A stretch of DNA of 58,009 nucleotides from positions 1 to 58,009 of the IMG/VR virus record IMGVR_UViG_3300045988_137753. One strand, written 5' to 3'. The notes beneath the pieces are model-generated. The model saw only the letters and a program-made list of their open reading frames with translations, was not told where the DNA came from and made no database searches. Below are positions 19,237-30,700 of this stretch, in pieces. This DNA comes from a virus. Within the stretch, counting starts at the first letter, position 1, and each line of letters starts with the position of its first letter. Made by a program: the position numbers and the translations under genes.

Positions 19237-19635
19237 ATGAATATAATAGATAAATTAATGAAAATAGACGCAGGGACATTAGAAACACCAACTGCTATAC
19301 ATAAAATGTATGTGAAAAAAATAGGTGAAGAACTAGATTTTGAAATACAAGCTATAAATGCAGAAAAAGCTACAGAAATACAACAGAAAGCTATAAAAAT
19401 TGAAGATGGAAACGTATCAGACATAGATGTATATAAAACAAAAGTATTAACTATAATGGAAGGTTGTCCAATATTCAAGGATAAGGCACTTAGAGAACAT
19501 TTTGATTGTGCTACTCCAAAAGAACTTATAAATAAATTACTTCTTAAAGGAGAAGTAGAGGACTTAGTAAATGCAATAAATAATTTATCAGACTTGAAGA
19601 AAATAGAAAAAGTAGATGAAGAAATAAAAAACTAA
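19237..19635 (+). CDS. tail assembly chaperone (XkdN-like), short product
   Basis: Position between the tube and tape measure genes. Confidence 0.65.
   Translation: MNIIDKLMKIDAGTLETPTAIHKMYVKKIGEELDFEIQAINAEKATEIQQKAIKIEDGNVSDIDVYKTKVLTIMEGCPIFKDKALREHFDCATPKELINKLLLKGEVEDLVNAINNLSDLKKIEKVDEEIKN
19626..19632 (+). promoter_or_regulatory. -1 programmed ribosomal frameshift slippery heptamer A_AAA_AAC
   Basis: An X_XXY_YYZ heptamer lies immediately before the stop codon. The -1 frame stays open for 63 further codons up to the tape measure RBS. Confidence 0.6.
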
Positions 19636-19823
19636 TTGAAACAGATAGTGAAATAGCAACAATGTACTATCTGTTTAAATATAAAAATATAATGCCATCT
19701 CAATATTATAATATGAAATTTGGAGAAAAGACTATAATAAAAGCATTTGTAAGAAAAGAATCGGAAGAGTTTTATAAGATATCTAAAAATAAAAATATTT
19801 TTCCTACTCTAAATATTAAATAG
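19632..19823 (+). CDS. frameshift extension of the tail assembly chaperone (G/GT-type long product)
   Basis: The open -1 frame reads LIETDSEIATMYYLFKYKNIMPSQYYNMKFGEK... and has no start codon or RBS of its own. Confidence 0.55.
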   Translation, partial: LIETDSEIATMYYLFKYKNIMPSQYYNMKFGEKTIIKAFVRKESEEFYKISKNKNIFPTLNIK

Positions 19824-19839
19824 GAGGAGGTGAAGAAAC

Positions 19840-21888
19840 ATGGCTAACGATACAACCTTAGAAGCGGTAATTAGGCTTAGAGATGAAATCAGTAGGCCTC
19901 TTAATGACATACAAAATGAAATAAGAAATTTAAATAGAATATCTAACGATGCAAATAGTGCTATGAGAGATATACAAAGGGCAACTGGAGACACTGCTGA
20001 TTCAATGAGCGATTTAAGAAGTACAATGGAGGATACAAGTGAATCATTAAGAAATACTAATAATGCTGCAAATGAAGCTGCAAGTGGGATAGAGTCTCTA
20101 GCAACTTTGGAAGCTGGACAAAAGATGATGGAATTTGGAGGAAAAATTATTGATGTAGTTAAAAACTTAATGGAATTAACAGAAGCTACTAAAGAATTTA
20201 ATTCTCTACAAAGCAAATTACAAGGATCAACTAAACAAAATGGATATAAACAGAAAGATGCTAATAAAAATGCTGGACAAGTATATGGATATACTGGTGA
20301 TGATATGATGGCAGTCAATGTTGTTTCCAATTTACAAAAGATGGGGCTATCTCAAAGTGAATTAGATAAAACTATCAATGCTTCGCTAGCAGTATGGAGT
20401 GCATATGGAGATAGTATTCCAATAGAAGGACTTACTGAATCGATTACTGAAACAGCACAAGTTAGTAAAGTTACAGGAAACTTAGCAGATGCTTTGAACT
20501 GGGCTGGAATAAGTGAAGATAGTTTTAATAAGAAATTAGAGGCATGTAAAACTGTATCTGAAAAAAATAAACTTATAACAGATACATTAAATCAAGCATA
20601 CGGAAAAAGTAAAGAAACGTATGATAAAACTAATAAATCCATGATTGATTATAATAAATCTTTATGGGAATCACAAAAGGCACAAGCAGAATTAGGTTCA
20701 GCATTAGCGCCTTTAAATTCAGCAATTAATGGAATTAAATCGGCTTTTGCAGAAGCATTAGCACCAGTTATAAAACAAATTGCGGATGCTATACAACCAG
20801 TAATCCAAAAGTTCCAAGAATTTATAAAAGAACACCCTCAATTAGTAGCAGGTATAACAATGGTAGTAGCAGCTATAACAACACTAATAGGAATTATCGG
20901 AGCTATAATAGTTGTAGTAACAACGGTAAAATTAGCATTTGCTGGTATAAGCGCAGCTATAGGAATTGCATCAGGAGCATTTGCAGCATTAAGCGCCCCA
21001 ATTTTAATAGCTATAGGTGTAATAGCAGCAATTATAGCCATAGGAGTTCTATTATACAAAAACTGGGATACAATTTGCGCAAAAGCTACTGAATTGAAAA
21101 ACTGGGTAGTAGGTAAATGGAATGAGTTAAAAGCAGCAATAGCGCCAATTATTGAATTTATTAAAGCATTAGTTATAAGAAAATGGACTGAGATGAAAGC
21201 TAGTATAACTTTTGTATTAAATATAATAAAAGGAATAGTAATTGTAGCATGGAATGGAATAAAAACAAATATAACTATTGTATTAACTATAATAAAAACA
21301 ATTGTAACTACAGCATGGAATGCTATAAAAACTACTATAACTGTCGTATCAAATACAATCAAGACGGTAGTAACTACAATATGGAATGGAATAAAAACTG
21401 CCATATCAACTATTATATCAACAATTAAATCTATAGTAGTAGAAAAATGGAATGCTATTAAAAATGCTATAAAAAATGCAATGGATGCTATTAAAAATAC
21501 TGCTATAAATGCTTTTAATAATGTAAAAGAAAAAATATCAGGTGTAATTAGTGATATAAAAAGTGCATGGCAAGGATTAAAAGATAAAATCACAAATAAT
21601 CCTATAGTTGCTACAGTTAGAAAGGTTACAGAGTCATTAACTGGAGCAGAAGATGGAAACCATGCAGCAGGACTTCAAAGAGTTCCTTATAATAATTATT
21701 TAGCAAATCTGCATCAAGGAGAAGCAATTTTACCGAGAAGAGATGCTGATAAATGGAGACAAGGCAAAGGTAATACTCCTCAAATAGTCAATAATTTCTA
21801 CGGCATGACGATTAGAGAAGAAGCAGACATAGAAAAAGTGACATCAGGAATAGTCAGAAAACTGAATGAACAAAAAATAATAACTTAG
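19840..21888 (+). CDS. tail tape measure protein
   Basis: 682 aa with a central hydrophobic block and WNxIKxxI tandem repeats; position. Confidence 0.85.
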   Translation: MANDTTLEAVIRLRDEISRPLNDIQNEIRNLNRISNDANSAMRDIQRATGDTADSMSDLRSTMEDTSESLRNTNNAANEAASGIESLATLEAGQKMMEFGGKIIDVVKNLMELTEATKEFNSLQSKLQGSTKQNGYKQKDANKNAGQVYGYTGDDMMAVNVVSNLQKMGLSQSELDKTINASLAVWSAYGDSIPIEGLTESITETAQVSKVTGNLADALNWAGISEDSFNKKLEACKTVSEKNKLITDTLNQAYGKSKETYDKTNKSMIDYNKSLWESQKAQAELGSALAPLNSAINGIKSAFAEALAPVIKQIADAIQPVIQKFQEFIKEHPQLVAGITMVVAAITTLIGIIGAIIVVVTTVKLAFAGISAAIGIASGAFAALSAPILIAIGVIAAIIAIGVLLYKNWDTICAKATELKNWVVGKWNELKAAIAPIIEFIKALVIRKWTEMKASITFVLNIIKGIVIVAWNGIKTNITIVLTIIKTIVTTAWNAIKTTITVVSNTIKTVVTTIWNGIKTAISTIISTIKSIVVEKWNAIKNAIKNAMDAIKNTAINAFNNVKEKISGVISDIKSAWQGLKDKITNNPIVATVRKVTESLTGAEDGNHAAGLQRVPYNNYLANLHQGEAILPRRDADKWRQGKGNTPQIVNNFYGMTIREEADIEKVTSGIVRKLNEQKIIT

Positions 21889-21909
21889 TAAGGGAGGTAA
21901 TATTGCATT

Positions 21910-22578
21910 ATGGAGATGTATTTAAAAAATGATAAGCATATATTTAGATTTCCAATATTGCCTTCTACTATAAATGTACAAGATTATGCGATAATAAATG
22001 ACAGTAATATAACAGGATTAGGAGATGTTGCAATATTTGGAGGTAAAGGATTAAGAACAATAGAGATATCATCATTTTTCCCAAATCCAAAAAGAAAATA
22101 TAAATTTGTAAATTATTCAAATTATCCAAAACAATGGACCTGTGTATCTAAAATAAGAAGTTACATGAATAATGGTGAAGTAATGAGATTTATAGTAACT
22201 GGCACAGAAATAAACTTCCAAGCAAGAATAACTGATTTTACCTTTTCTCAACAAGATGGCACAGGAGATGTATATTATACTATCAATCTAAAGGAATATA
22301 GAGAAATTAAAATATCATCAACAACTCCAGCTAAAAAGAAAACTGATAACAAAAATAGGACATCTTCAAAAGATAAAAACAATAATAAAAATAAAACTTC
22401 AACCAAAAGTAAACAAACAATTCATACAGTAAAAAAGGGAGATACACTATATGATATAGCAAAGAAATATTATGGAAAAGGATCAAGCTATAAAAAAATA
22501 ATAGAAAAAAATAAATCTAAATATCCTTCATTAGCTAAAAATACAATAATTAAAGCTGGATGGAAGCTGGTGATATAA
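21910..22578 (+). CDS. LysM-domain tail protein (XkdP-like)
   Basis: C-terminal HTVKKGDTLYDIAKKYYG...IKAGWKLVI LysM motif. Confidence 0.75.
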   Translation: MEMYLKNDKHIFRFPILPSTINVQDYAIINDSNITGLGDVAIFGGKGLRTIEISSFFPNPKRKYKFVNYSNYPKQWTCVSKIRSYMNNGEVMRFIVTGTEINFQARITDFTFSQQDGTGDVYYTINLKEYREIKISSTTPAKKKTDNKNRTSSKDKNNNKNKTSTKSKQTIHTVKKGDTLYDIAKKYYGKGSSYKKIIEKNKSKYPSLAKNTIIKAGWKLVI

Positions 22579-24992
22579 TGATAACACTAAAAATAGTTGA
22601 TAGAAATAATAAAAAAACAGATATAACACAGTTAGTAGAAAAAGTTACTTGGAGTGGAGATTATAAACAAGCATCAAGAAAGCTAGAATTTTCAATAATT
22701 TCAAATAAATACGATAAAAAAATACCAAAAGTCGATATTAAAGAAGGCTATATGGTTTTTTTTTATGAAAATAAAAAAGAATTATTTAGAGGATTTATAT
22801 ACAGTATAGAAAAAACTACTGATACTACAAGCTACATGGCTTATGACCATGCACAAAAACTAGTTAATATTAAAGTTAATTACAACTTCAAGAACAAGAC
22901 TGCTAGTCAAATAACTACTCAAATGCTAGATGATTATTCAAAATATGGGCTTAAAAAAGGAAGCATTGTAAGTGATGGTGTTTCATGGAGCAAAGTATTT
23001 ATAGGAGTAAGCATGTATGACACTATAATGAGTGCTTATACAAATTCTCATGCTAGTAACGGCAAAGAATATATGTGCTATGCTAAGGAAGGTGAGATAT
23101 GCACAGCCCTAAAAGGAGATATAAAGCTAGATGTTCAATTCAAAGAAAAAGAAAATATAATATCAACAACTTATAAATCTAGTATAGAGAATGTAGTAAA
23201 TAGAGTAATTATAGTAGATGACTCAGGGAATAAAATAGGAGAAGAAAAGAATAGTAATTCAATAGATTTGTATGGATTATTTCAAGAAGTTGTAAAAGCT
23301 GAAAGCCAAACATCAGAAACTACACAATCAGCAACATCTGAAATATCAACAATGTCAGTTTCCACTTCTACATCTTCAACTACTAAAAACAACTCTTTTT
23401 CATTAAATACTACTAATTCAATAGCAAAATCTATATTTGATTTCTGTATAGGCAAAGGTTGCACTCCACAGGTTGCAGCTGCAATAGTAGCTAATGCAGA
23501 ATGTGAAAGCTCATTCAATACAAGTTCTGTTAATAGTATAGGAGCTAGTGGATTATTGCAATGGCTGGGAGGAAGATTAACAAGTCTTAAAAGAAAAGCT
23601 TCTAAAAAGGGAGTAAGTTGGACTAATCTTAACCTTCAATTAGAGCATATGTGGGATGAACTTAGTGGCGAAGAAAGTACTACTGTAGCTTTACTTAATA
23701 GTAGAGTTGGTGGATTAAGTAAATTTATGAAATTAACAGATCCATACAAAGCAGGCTATGAATTCGGTAAATGTTTTGAACGTGGTGGATATAATGAAAA
23801 AAGAGGTAATACAGCTAAGAATTGGTACTCAAAGGTTACTATTGGAGGTAAAAAAATATCAAATTCAAATACATCAACAGATGTAACTGACAATAACCAA
23901 ACAACAACTACTACAGTTATAGATTTAGAAAGTGCTAGAAAAGAAGCAAAGAAAAAATTAAACGATAGAGAAAGAAGTGCATCTTTGGATGGATATGGAG
24001 ATACCACTTGTATTACTGGATATGGTGTGACTGTTACAGACTCATCAACAGGATTAAAAGGACTATTTTATATAGATACAGACTCTCATACTTGGGAAAA
24101 TGGAGAATATAAAATAGCGCTTAATCTTAATTATAAAAACTTAATGAACGAAGTTGAAGCAGGAGAAGATGAAGAAAAACAAGAAACAACATACAATGAT
24201 AATAATTACAATGATGGAGAAAAAGTATTAAATGGCAAGAAAGTAAAAGCTATTTTTACTGCATATTGGCCAGGACCTGGAATAGAAGGTGGAATATATC
24301 AAAGCATGGGTGGAAAATTAGACCCTAGCAAACGTACATGCGCTGCACCTAAGAGTATTCCATTCAGAACAAAAATACAACCAAGTGGTACGGGAAGTTT
24401 TATAGATGGTAAAACTTATACTGTAACCGACAGAGGTGGGAAAATCGTAGTTAAAAATGGTGTATATCACATAGATATATTAATGAGAACTGACAAAGAA
24501 TGTAGAGTATTTGGCATTAAACATGGATATATCATAATAGGAGATGGAACTGGATACAAAGAAGTCCCAGCTACTTCAAATTTACCTTTAAATAAAAAAC
24601 AGGAAAAATTAATCTCTGTTGCAAAAGCTAAACTTGGAACACCTTATGTATGGGGTGCTTCAATAAATTCTACGACATCATTTGACTGTTCATCATTTAC
24701 TCGCTATGTGTATAAAACAGCATTAGGAATAACATTGCAAAGAACTTCTAATGTACAAGGCGAACAAGGTAAAAAGATAACAAGCACATCACAATTACAA
24801 GCTGGAGATTTAATTTACTTTAATACTTATTCAACAGATAGAGCAAATGGAATAACTCATGTTGGTATGTATATAGGAAATGGGCAAATGATACATGCTT
24901 CATATAGTTATAAGAAAGTCATGATAGTTAATTTGAAATCATACTTATCTTACAGAGGAACAAAATTTATATGGGCAAGAAGACATATATAA
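22578..24992 (+). CDS. XkdQ-like tail/baseplate hub fused to three cell-wall hydrolase modules
   Basis: ANAECESSFN..GLLQW (tail lysozyme-like), FTAYWPGPG..TDRGG (3D-like) and a C-terminal NlpC/P60 (FDCSSFTRYVY, THVGMYIGNGQMIHAS). Confidence 0.75.
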   Translation: MITLKIVDRNNKKTDITQLVEKVTWSGDYKQASRKLEFSIISNKYDKKIPKVDIKEGYMVFFYENKKELFRGFIYSIEKTTDTTSYMAYDHAQKLVNIKVNYNFKNKTASQITTQMLDDYSKYGLKKGSIVSDGVSWSKVFIGVSMYDTIMSAYTNSHASNGKEYMCYAKEGEICTALKGDIKLDVQFKEKENIISTTYKSSIENVVNRVIIVDDSGNKIGEEKNSNSIDLYGLFQEVVKAESQTSETTQSATSEISTMSVSTSTSSTTKNNSFSLNTTNSIAKSIFDFCIGKGCTPQVAAAIVANAECESSFNTSSVNSIGASGLLQWLGGRLTSLKRKASKKGVSWTNLNLQLEHMWDELSGEESTTVALLNSRVGGLSKFMKLTDPYKAGYEFGKCFERGGYNEKRGNTAKNWYSKVTIGGKKISNSNTSTDVTDNNQTTTTTVIDLESARKEAKKKLNDRERSASLDGYGDTTCITGYGVTVTDSSTGLKGLFYIDTDSHTWENGEYKIALNLNYKNLMNEVEAGEDEEKQETTYNDNNYNDGEKVLNGKKVKAIFTAYWPGPGIEGGIYQSMGGKLDPSKRTCAAPKSIPFRTKIQPSGTGSFIDGKTYTVTDRGGKIVVKNGVYHIDILMRTDKECRVFGIKHGYIIIGDGTGYKEVPATSNLPLNKKQEKLISVAKAKLGTPYVWGASINSTTSFDCSSFTRYVYKTALGITLQRTSNVQGEQGKKITSTSQLQAGDLIYFNTYSTDRANGITHVGMYIGNGQMIHASYSYKKVMIVNLKSYLSYRGTKFIWARRHI

Positions 24993-25004
24993 GGTGGTGA
25001 TCTA

Positions 25005-25415
25005 ATGGAAAAAAATCCTTACAATGAATTTCTATCTATAATTAAAGAAACTTCTAAAAGTAATATAACAGAAAATAAATTATTGAATATAGGAATTGTT
25101 GTATCACCTCTTCCAAATTTAATAATTAAAACATCTGAAATAGAATTAGATAAAGATAATCTCATGATAGATAAATGGCTCTTAGATAGACATAAGGAAA
25201 CACAAACATATACAAAAGGAGAACATACTCATAGTGGTGGAGGCCATGCAACAGGAGAAGGTGGAGGAGATGGAACGCATACTCATACAGGAGGAGAACA
25301 CTCTCATAAATCTAAAGATTATGTAAACAAGCTGAATATTGGTGATAAAGTTGTAATGCTTAGAGAAGATGATATTTTTTATATTATATCAAAGGTGGTG
25401 AGTATAGATGGATGA
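25005..25415 (+). CDS. baseplate/spike protein (XkdR/DUF2577-like) with a His-Gly-rich insert
   Basis: Position; HTHSGGGHATGEGGGDGTHTHTGGEHSH. Confidence 0.45.
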   Translation: MEKNPYNEFLSIIKETSKSNITENKLLNIGIVVSPLPNLIIKTSEIELDKDNLMIDKWLLDRHKETQTYTKGEHTHSGGGHATGEGGGDGTHTHTGGEHSHKSKDYVNKLNIGDKVVMLREDDIFYIISKVVSIDG

Positions 25416-25869
25416 AGAATACAATGATAGTTTTTATCCCTTTATTGACTACATTACTGAAAGTGTATCAGACATAGAATTAGAAGAAGATGACACATTG
25501 CCTTTGTATAGAGAAATAGCATGGGATTTCAAGAATGAACATCCTCTTGTTATTAACAATGAATTTAAGATAGTAGAGGAAAATGAAGCTATATGTGTAT
25601 GGATATGGCACGCTATAAAAACATTTAGATATTATTTTTCAATATATTCATGGGATTTTGGATGTGAAATAGATACATTGCTAGGACAAAATTATACTCC
25701 TGAACTTACTAAAATGGAGGTTACTAGATATATAGAAGAAGCATTATTGATAAATCCTTATATATTAGAAATAAATAAACTTGAAGTAGATTTTGATGGA
25801 GATACATTACAAGTAGATATGAGAGCAATAACAATTTATGAAGAATTGGAGGTGAATTTTGTTGTTTAG
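25408..25869 (+). CDS. baseplate protein (XkdS / gp25-like)
   Basis: Size and position upstream of the Baseplate_J-like gene. Confidence 0.45.
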   Translation: MDEEYNDSFYPFIDYITESVSDIELEEDDTLPLYREIAWDFKNEHPLVINNEFKIVEENEAICVWIWHAIKTFRYYFSIYSWDFGCEIDTLLGQNYTPELTKMEVTRYIEEALLINPYILEINKLEVDFDGDTLQVDMRAITIYEELEVNFVV

Positions 25870-26914
25870 CGAGCAAACATATGAAGCCTTAATTGAAAGA
25901 ATTTTGGAAAATACAAGTGCTAATAATTTAGATACTAGAGAAGGTTCAGTATCATTTAACTTATTAGCACCATTGGCTGAGGAATTAGCGAAAGCTTATA
26001 TCTCTATGGGCGATATACTTAATTTAGCATTTATAGAAGATACTTTTGACGACTATTTGGATAAAAGAGTTAATGAATTTGGGGTATACAGAAAAGACGG
26101 AGAAAAAGCAACTGGAGCTATAAAGGTTACTGGATTAGATGATACTTTTATAGGCAACAGTACAATAATTACATCTAATGGATTAGAATATATAGTATTA
26201 AACGATATACTTTTACCAAATGAAGATACTTTATATGTAGAAGCAACAGAAATAGGATATAAATATAATTTACCAGCTGGGTCCACTTTTGAATTTGCAG
26301 AGCATATAGATGGAGTTACTTCATTAACTAATGAAACTGCATTTGAAAATGGTGTAGATACTGAAACAGACGAAGAACTTAAGGAAAGATTTAAATATAT
26401 AATTCAAAATCCAAGGACATCAGGAAATGTTAATGATTATAAAGCATGGGCATTAGAGTGTGACGGAGTAGGAAGAGTAAAAGTATATCCTCTTTGGAAT
26501 GGCAATGGAACAGTAAAAGTGCTTATTATAGGTAATGACAATCTTCCATGTAGTGAAGAAACTGTAAATACAGTTATATCATATATAGAAGAAAAAAGAC
26601 CAATAGGAGCAACTGTAACAGTTGATACTCCACAATTATTAAAATTAACATTTGATATTAAAATAAAACTAGATAGTGCTTATTCACTAGATGATACAAA
26701 GGAACTAATATCAACAGTGCTATCAGATTATGTGAATAATTTGGAAGATGAAGATATTATATATTATAAAGCATTATCGGTAGTTGGTGATTTGGGAGCA
26801 GTAGATGATATAGTAGCATATACAATAAATAATAAACAAGAAAATATACCTGTTGGAGATTATTTTATTCCTGTTATAGATGCAATTACAATTTCGGTGA
26901 GCGAGGTGGTTTAG
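25859..26914 (+). CDS. baseplate J-like protein (XkdT)
   Basis: 351-aa ORF; position; GNVNDYKAWALECDGVGRVKV block is typical of Baseplate_J. Confidence 0.7.
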   Translation: MLFSEQTYEALIERILENTSANNLDTREGSVSFNLLAPLAEELAKAYISMGDILNLAFIEDTFDDYLDKRVNEFGVYRKDGEKATGAIKVTGLDDTFIGNSTIITSNGLEYIVLNDILLPNEDTLYVEATEIGYKYNLPAGSTFEFAEHIDGVTSLTNETAFENGVDTETDEELKERFKYIIQNPRTSGNVNDYKAWALECDGVGRVKVYPLWNGNGTVKVLIIGNDNLPCSEETVNTVISYIEEKRPIGATVTVDTPQLLKLTFDIKIKLDSAYSLDDTKELISTVLSDYVNNLEDEDIIYYKALSVVGDLGAVDDIVAYTINNKQENIPVGDYFIPVIDAITISVSEVV

Positions 26915-27709
26915 TTGGATTTAATCGATAAACTACCTTATTTTTATGACAATGGATATACTAAACCTATTATAGAAGCTGAACAAAAAGAAAGAGATAT
27001 ATTAGTTGAAGAAATAGAAGATGTATTAAGACAAATGTATGTTTTAACTGCAACTTGGGGATTAGATTATTGGGAAAATATGCTATATTTACCACGAGGC
27101 ATGGGAAAAACATATGAAGAAAGAAGAAGCATAATTTTAACTAAAATGAGGGGTAGCAAAACAACTACTATCGAAGTAGTAAAGCAACTTGCATACTCCT
27201 TTTTTGATGTTGAAAATGTAACAGTTGAAGAAGATAATGCACATTACATTTTTAATATTACTTTAGAAAATGCAAAATTTAAAAGTAGTAATTTTTCAGA
27301 CCTTATTAATGCAATTGAACTATATAAACCAGCTCACCTTAATTACTCATTTACTTTTGCTTCAAAGGGAACTGTAGTAATTAATAGTAGCCAGAGAATA
27401 GCATTATCTAAGTTGCCAGAGTGCAATACATTTAGAGTAGGTACTTGGTGGAAACCTTATTCAGACGGATATGGCAATATAGGAAAAGTAATACAAGCAA
27501 GAACTTATGATGGATATAGCAATTTACCTATTTGTGGATTATATAAAAATATAATAAAAATGTCAAAAGAGGAATTTGAATTAATACATAATCCAAGTAA
27601 AAATAATATTGTTGATTATGCTTTTGTTGATTATGCTATTGTAACAGAAACAGAAAGTATAAGTTCTAAAATAGGCGAATTAAAGATAGGATATAGCAAA
27701 ATTTTATAA
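26915..27709 (+). CDS. tail protein XkdU-like (DUF2313)
   Basis: TTG start; LPYFYDN...WGLDYWENML N-terminus is typical of this family. Confidence 0.55.
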   Translation: MDLIDKLPYFYDNGYTKPIIEAEQKERDILVEEIEDVLRQMYVLTATWGLDYWENMLYLPRGMGKTYEERRSIILTKMRGSKTTTIEVVKQLAYSFFDVENVTVEEDNAHYIFNITLENAKFKSSNFSDLINAIELYKPAHLNYSFTFASKGTVVINSSQRIALSKLPECNTFRVGTWWKPYSDGYGNIGKVIQARTYDGYSNLPICGLYKNIIKMSKEEFELIHNPSKNNIVDYAFVDYAIVTETESISSKIGELKIGYSKIL

Positions 27710-27727
27710 CTGAAAGAAGGTGAATAT

Positions 27728-30700
27728 ATGGCATATAAAAAGAAAGTATGGAAAACCGGCGATATTATGAAACAAGAAGATATTAATAATATTGAAAATG
27801 GAATATATGAAGCACATCAAGAATTGCAGAATCTGCATAATTATGATGACACAGAGATAAAAAATATAATAGGATCTGGAACATTATCTACAACAGCACA
27901 AGATTTAAAAGGTGCAATAAATGAGGTTTTTCAATCTGCCAGTAATGGTAAAACTTTAATTGCTCAAGCTATTACTGGCAAAGGAGTAACAACAAGTAAT
28001 ACAGATACGTTTCAAAGGATGGCTACTAATATAAGCTTGATAAGTGGAAAGGTTACTGGGAAAATATTAACACTTGATAATAAAAAATATACATTATCTG
28101 AGGATGATAATGGGAATATAACTGCTACAATAATCAAATTTAGTATAACTAATAAATTAACTAATGTAAGTAATAATAACTCTGCAATACAAGTAGATTA
28201 TGGAAACAGTTACTCTGCTACTATAACTGCTAATAGTGGGTATGGAATAAATTCATTAAGCATAACTATGGGAGGAGTAGATATAACTTCTACCGCATAT
28301 TCAAATGGGCAAATTAATATAAATTCTGTCACTGGAAATATAATTATTACAGTAACAGCTAGTGTAACTATTGATATATCAGGAAGTTTTGGATATATAC
28401 TTGGTGCTATAACAGAATGGGAAGTAATTGGAGATAGTATAACAGATGAAGGTATGCTACCATTGACTAAATATCCAACAATCTTAAAAAATCAATATAC
28501 TAATATATCAACTGTAAACAATTGCGCTAAAAGTGGAGCACATATAACTAATAAAACAACAGGATATAAAACATTTTCAACATTAATAGATGAAGGGTTA
28601 AGTGGGGCTTCTGCTAATGCAGGTCTAGTGACTATATTTGGTGGTGTCAATGATTATTTGCAAAATTGTGATATAGGTACAACTAATGATACAGAAGATA
28701 CTACATTTTATGGGGCATGCAAAAAACTTATAGAAAAAATCAAAAATAAATTTGCACAAGCTGAAATCATATGGATAATACCACTTAACATGACAAACGG
28801 TACATTTAACACTAACTCAAATGGAATTAATAATGCTGGTAACACATTGGACGATTATAGAACTGCTATTAAAAATGTATGTACTACTAACAATATTAAA
28901 ATAATAGATGTACATGAAGATAGCGACTTGCAACCAAGTACATTAAGCAGTGACGGTCTACATCCAACAGCTGACGGACAAGGATTACTAGCAAGTAAGT
29001 TTAGAAAATATATTCCATACATTCCAGCACAACCAACTACAGAATTAACAGTAAGTAATATTGCAGATATAACAACAGTAGAAAAAATCACTTTCAACAT
29101 AGTTTATTCAACATCAAAATCAGTTATAAAACATGAAGTATCTTGGGATGGTGGAAATACATATTATGATAAAACAAGTGATGTAACATCCAACAATTTA
29201 ACTTATACGTTTACACATGACGCCAATGCAAGTGCAGGAACTTATAATATGGCTATAAGAGTAACTACAAGTGACGGTGAAATAGCTACAAGTAATATAT
29301 TTACATTAACGGTAATAGCAAGTCCTACACAAGATACTTATACTAATGCGGTAATATCAGATTTCAAAACAGTAGGTAAAGTGGATGATTTAATCATAGA
29401 CAGTAATTCCAATTTAACTGCATCATCTGTTGGACAGTGGGGTATGTGTTATTTAAATAAAAATATATCTAAATTAAAATTCACATTAAGACCAAATGTT
29501 GCAGACTATGCGTGTTTATGCTGGTATATATATAATGATAACGGCGATGATACTTATAATATGATAGCATTAGGAATAGGAAGTGACCATGGACAAGAAT
29601 TCAAAATGACAATACCAGGAACAGGCGTTTCAAAAATAGCAAAATTAACATTACCTGATATAAATAAAAATGACATATTAATCGTAGAATATAATGGAAC
29701 TTCACAAAAAATTACAAAAGAAGATGGAACAGTTTTAATTACATTAGAAGGTAATATGAGCGGTTGGTGTGGACAATCTTCTAGTTCAATACCATTTTGC
29801 TCTAATGTAAAATATATTGAAAAAGAAAATACTGATACGGTTTTATTAGATTCTAATGGTGCATATATTGTAGATGATTTTTCAAGCAATATAGTAGATC
29901 CGAGTAAATGGTCTTATGAACTAGGATATGTTAGGAATAGTGAAACACAAAATTATGTAAATACTAATGCAATAATTAATGATGGTATTTTAGAATTAAG
30001 AGGTTTAAAAGATAGTAGCGGGAATTGGACTTCATCTTCTATTATATCAAAAGGTCATTTTGCATTTATGTATGGGAAAATAGAGGCACGTGTTAAATTA
30101 TGCAACTCAAATGGAGCATTTGGAGCATTTTGGACTTTAGGAGATAGTTTTGAATTTGGATATAAAGAAAATGGTAGCCCGGATACTTTGGGCGAATGGT
30201 GGGCGTATTGTGGAGAATTTGACATAGTTGAATTTTATAATAAAAAATTAACTTGTGGTGTATTCTTTAATCAAAAGGAAGAAAGTGGCCGTGTATGGTA
30301 TGACAATTATGCTACGGGTGATTGGCATATATTTGCAATGGAATGGGCAACAGATGGTAGCTTGAAATTTACTATTGACGGTAATGTGCTATCTACAACT
30401 AGTGCTACTGATAACAGAGCATTCCATATACCACACTTCATTTTACTTAATCAAGCAATTGGTGCTAGTGGTGGTACTCCTGATAGTAGTACAACTGAAA
30501 TAACTCAATATGTTGATTGGGTTAAATATTATCCTTTAAGTACAGAAAATGTAGTACTTAATAGTAGTGATTTCACAATTCAAGCAACAGATTTTAATGA
30601 AAATAATTGTGTAGTTAGAGCAACGTTTAATGACAACTGTATCAACAAAGCTTTAAGCTGGGAATCAAATAATGAAAGTGTTATTACTGTTCATAGTGGA

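Noticed and set aside
20838-21593. 251-aa antisense ORF inside the tape measure gene (and 19809-20330, 173 aa)
   Set aside because: Shadow ORFs generated by the repetitive, AT-rich coding strand. The translation is implausible Ile/Phe/Thr-rich low complexity, with no start context.
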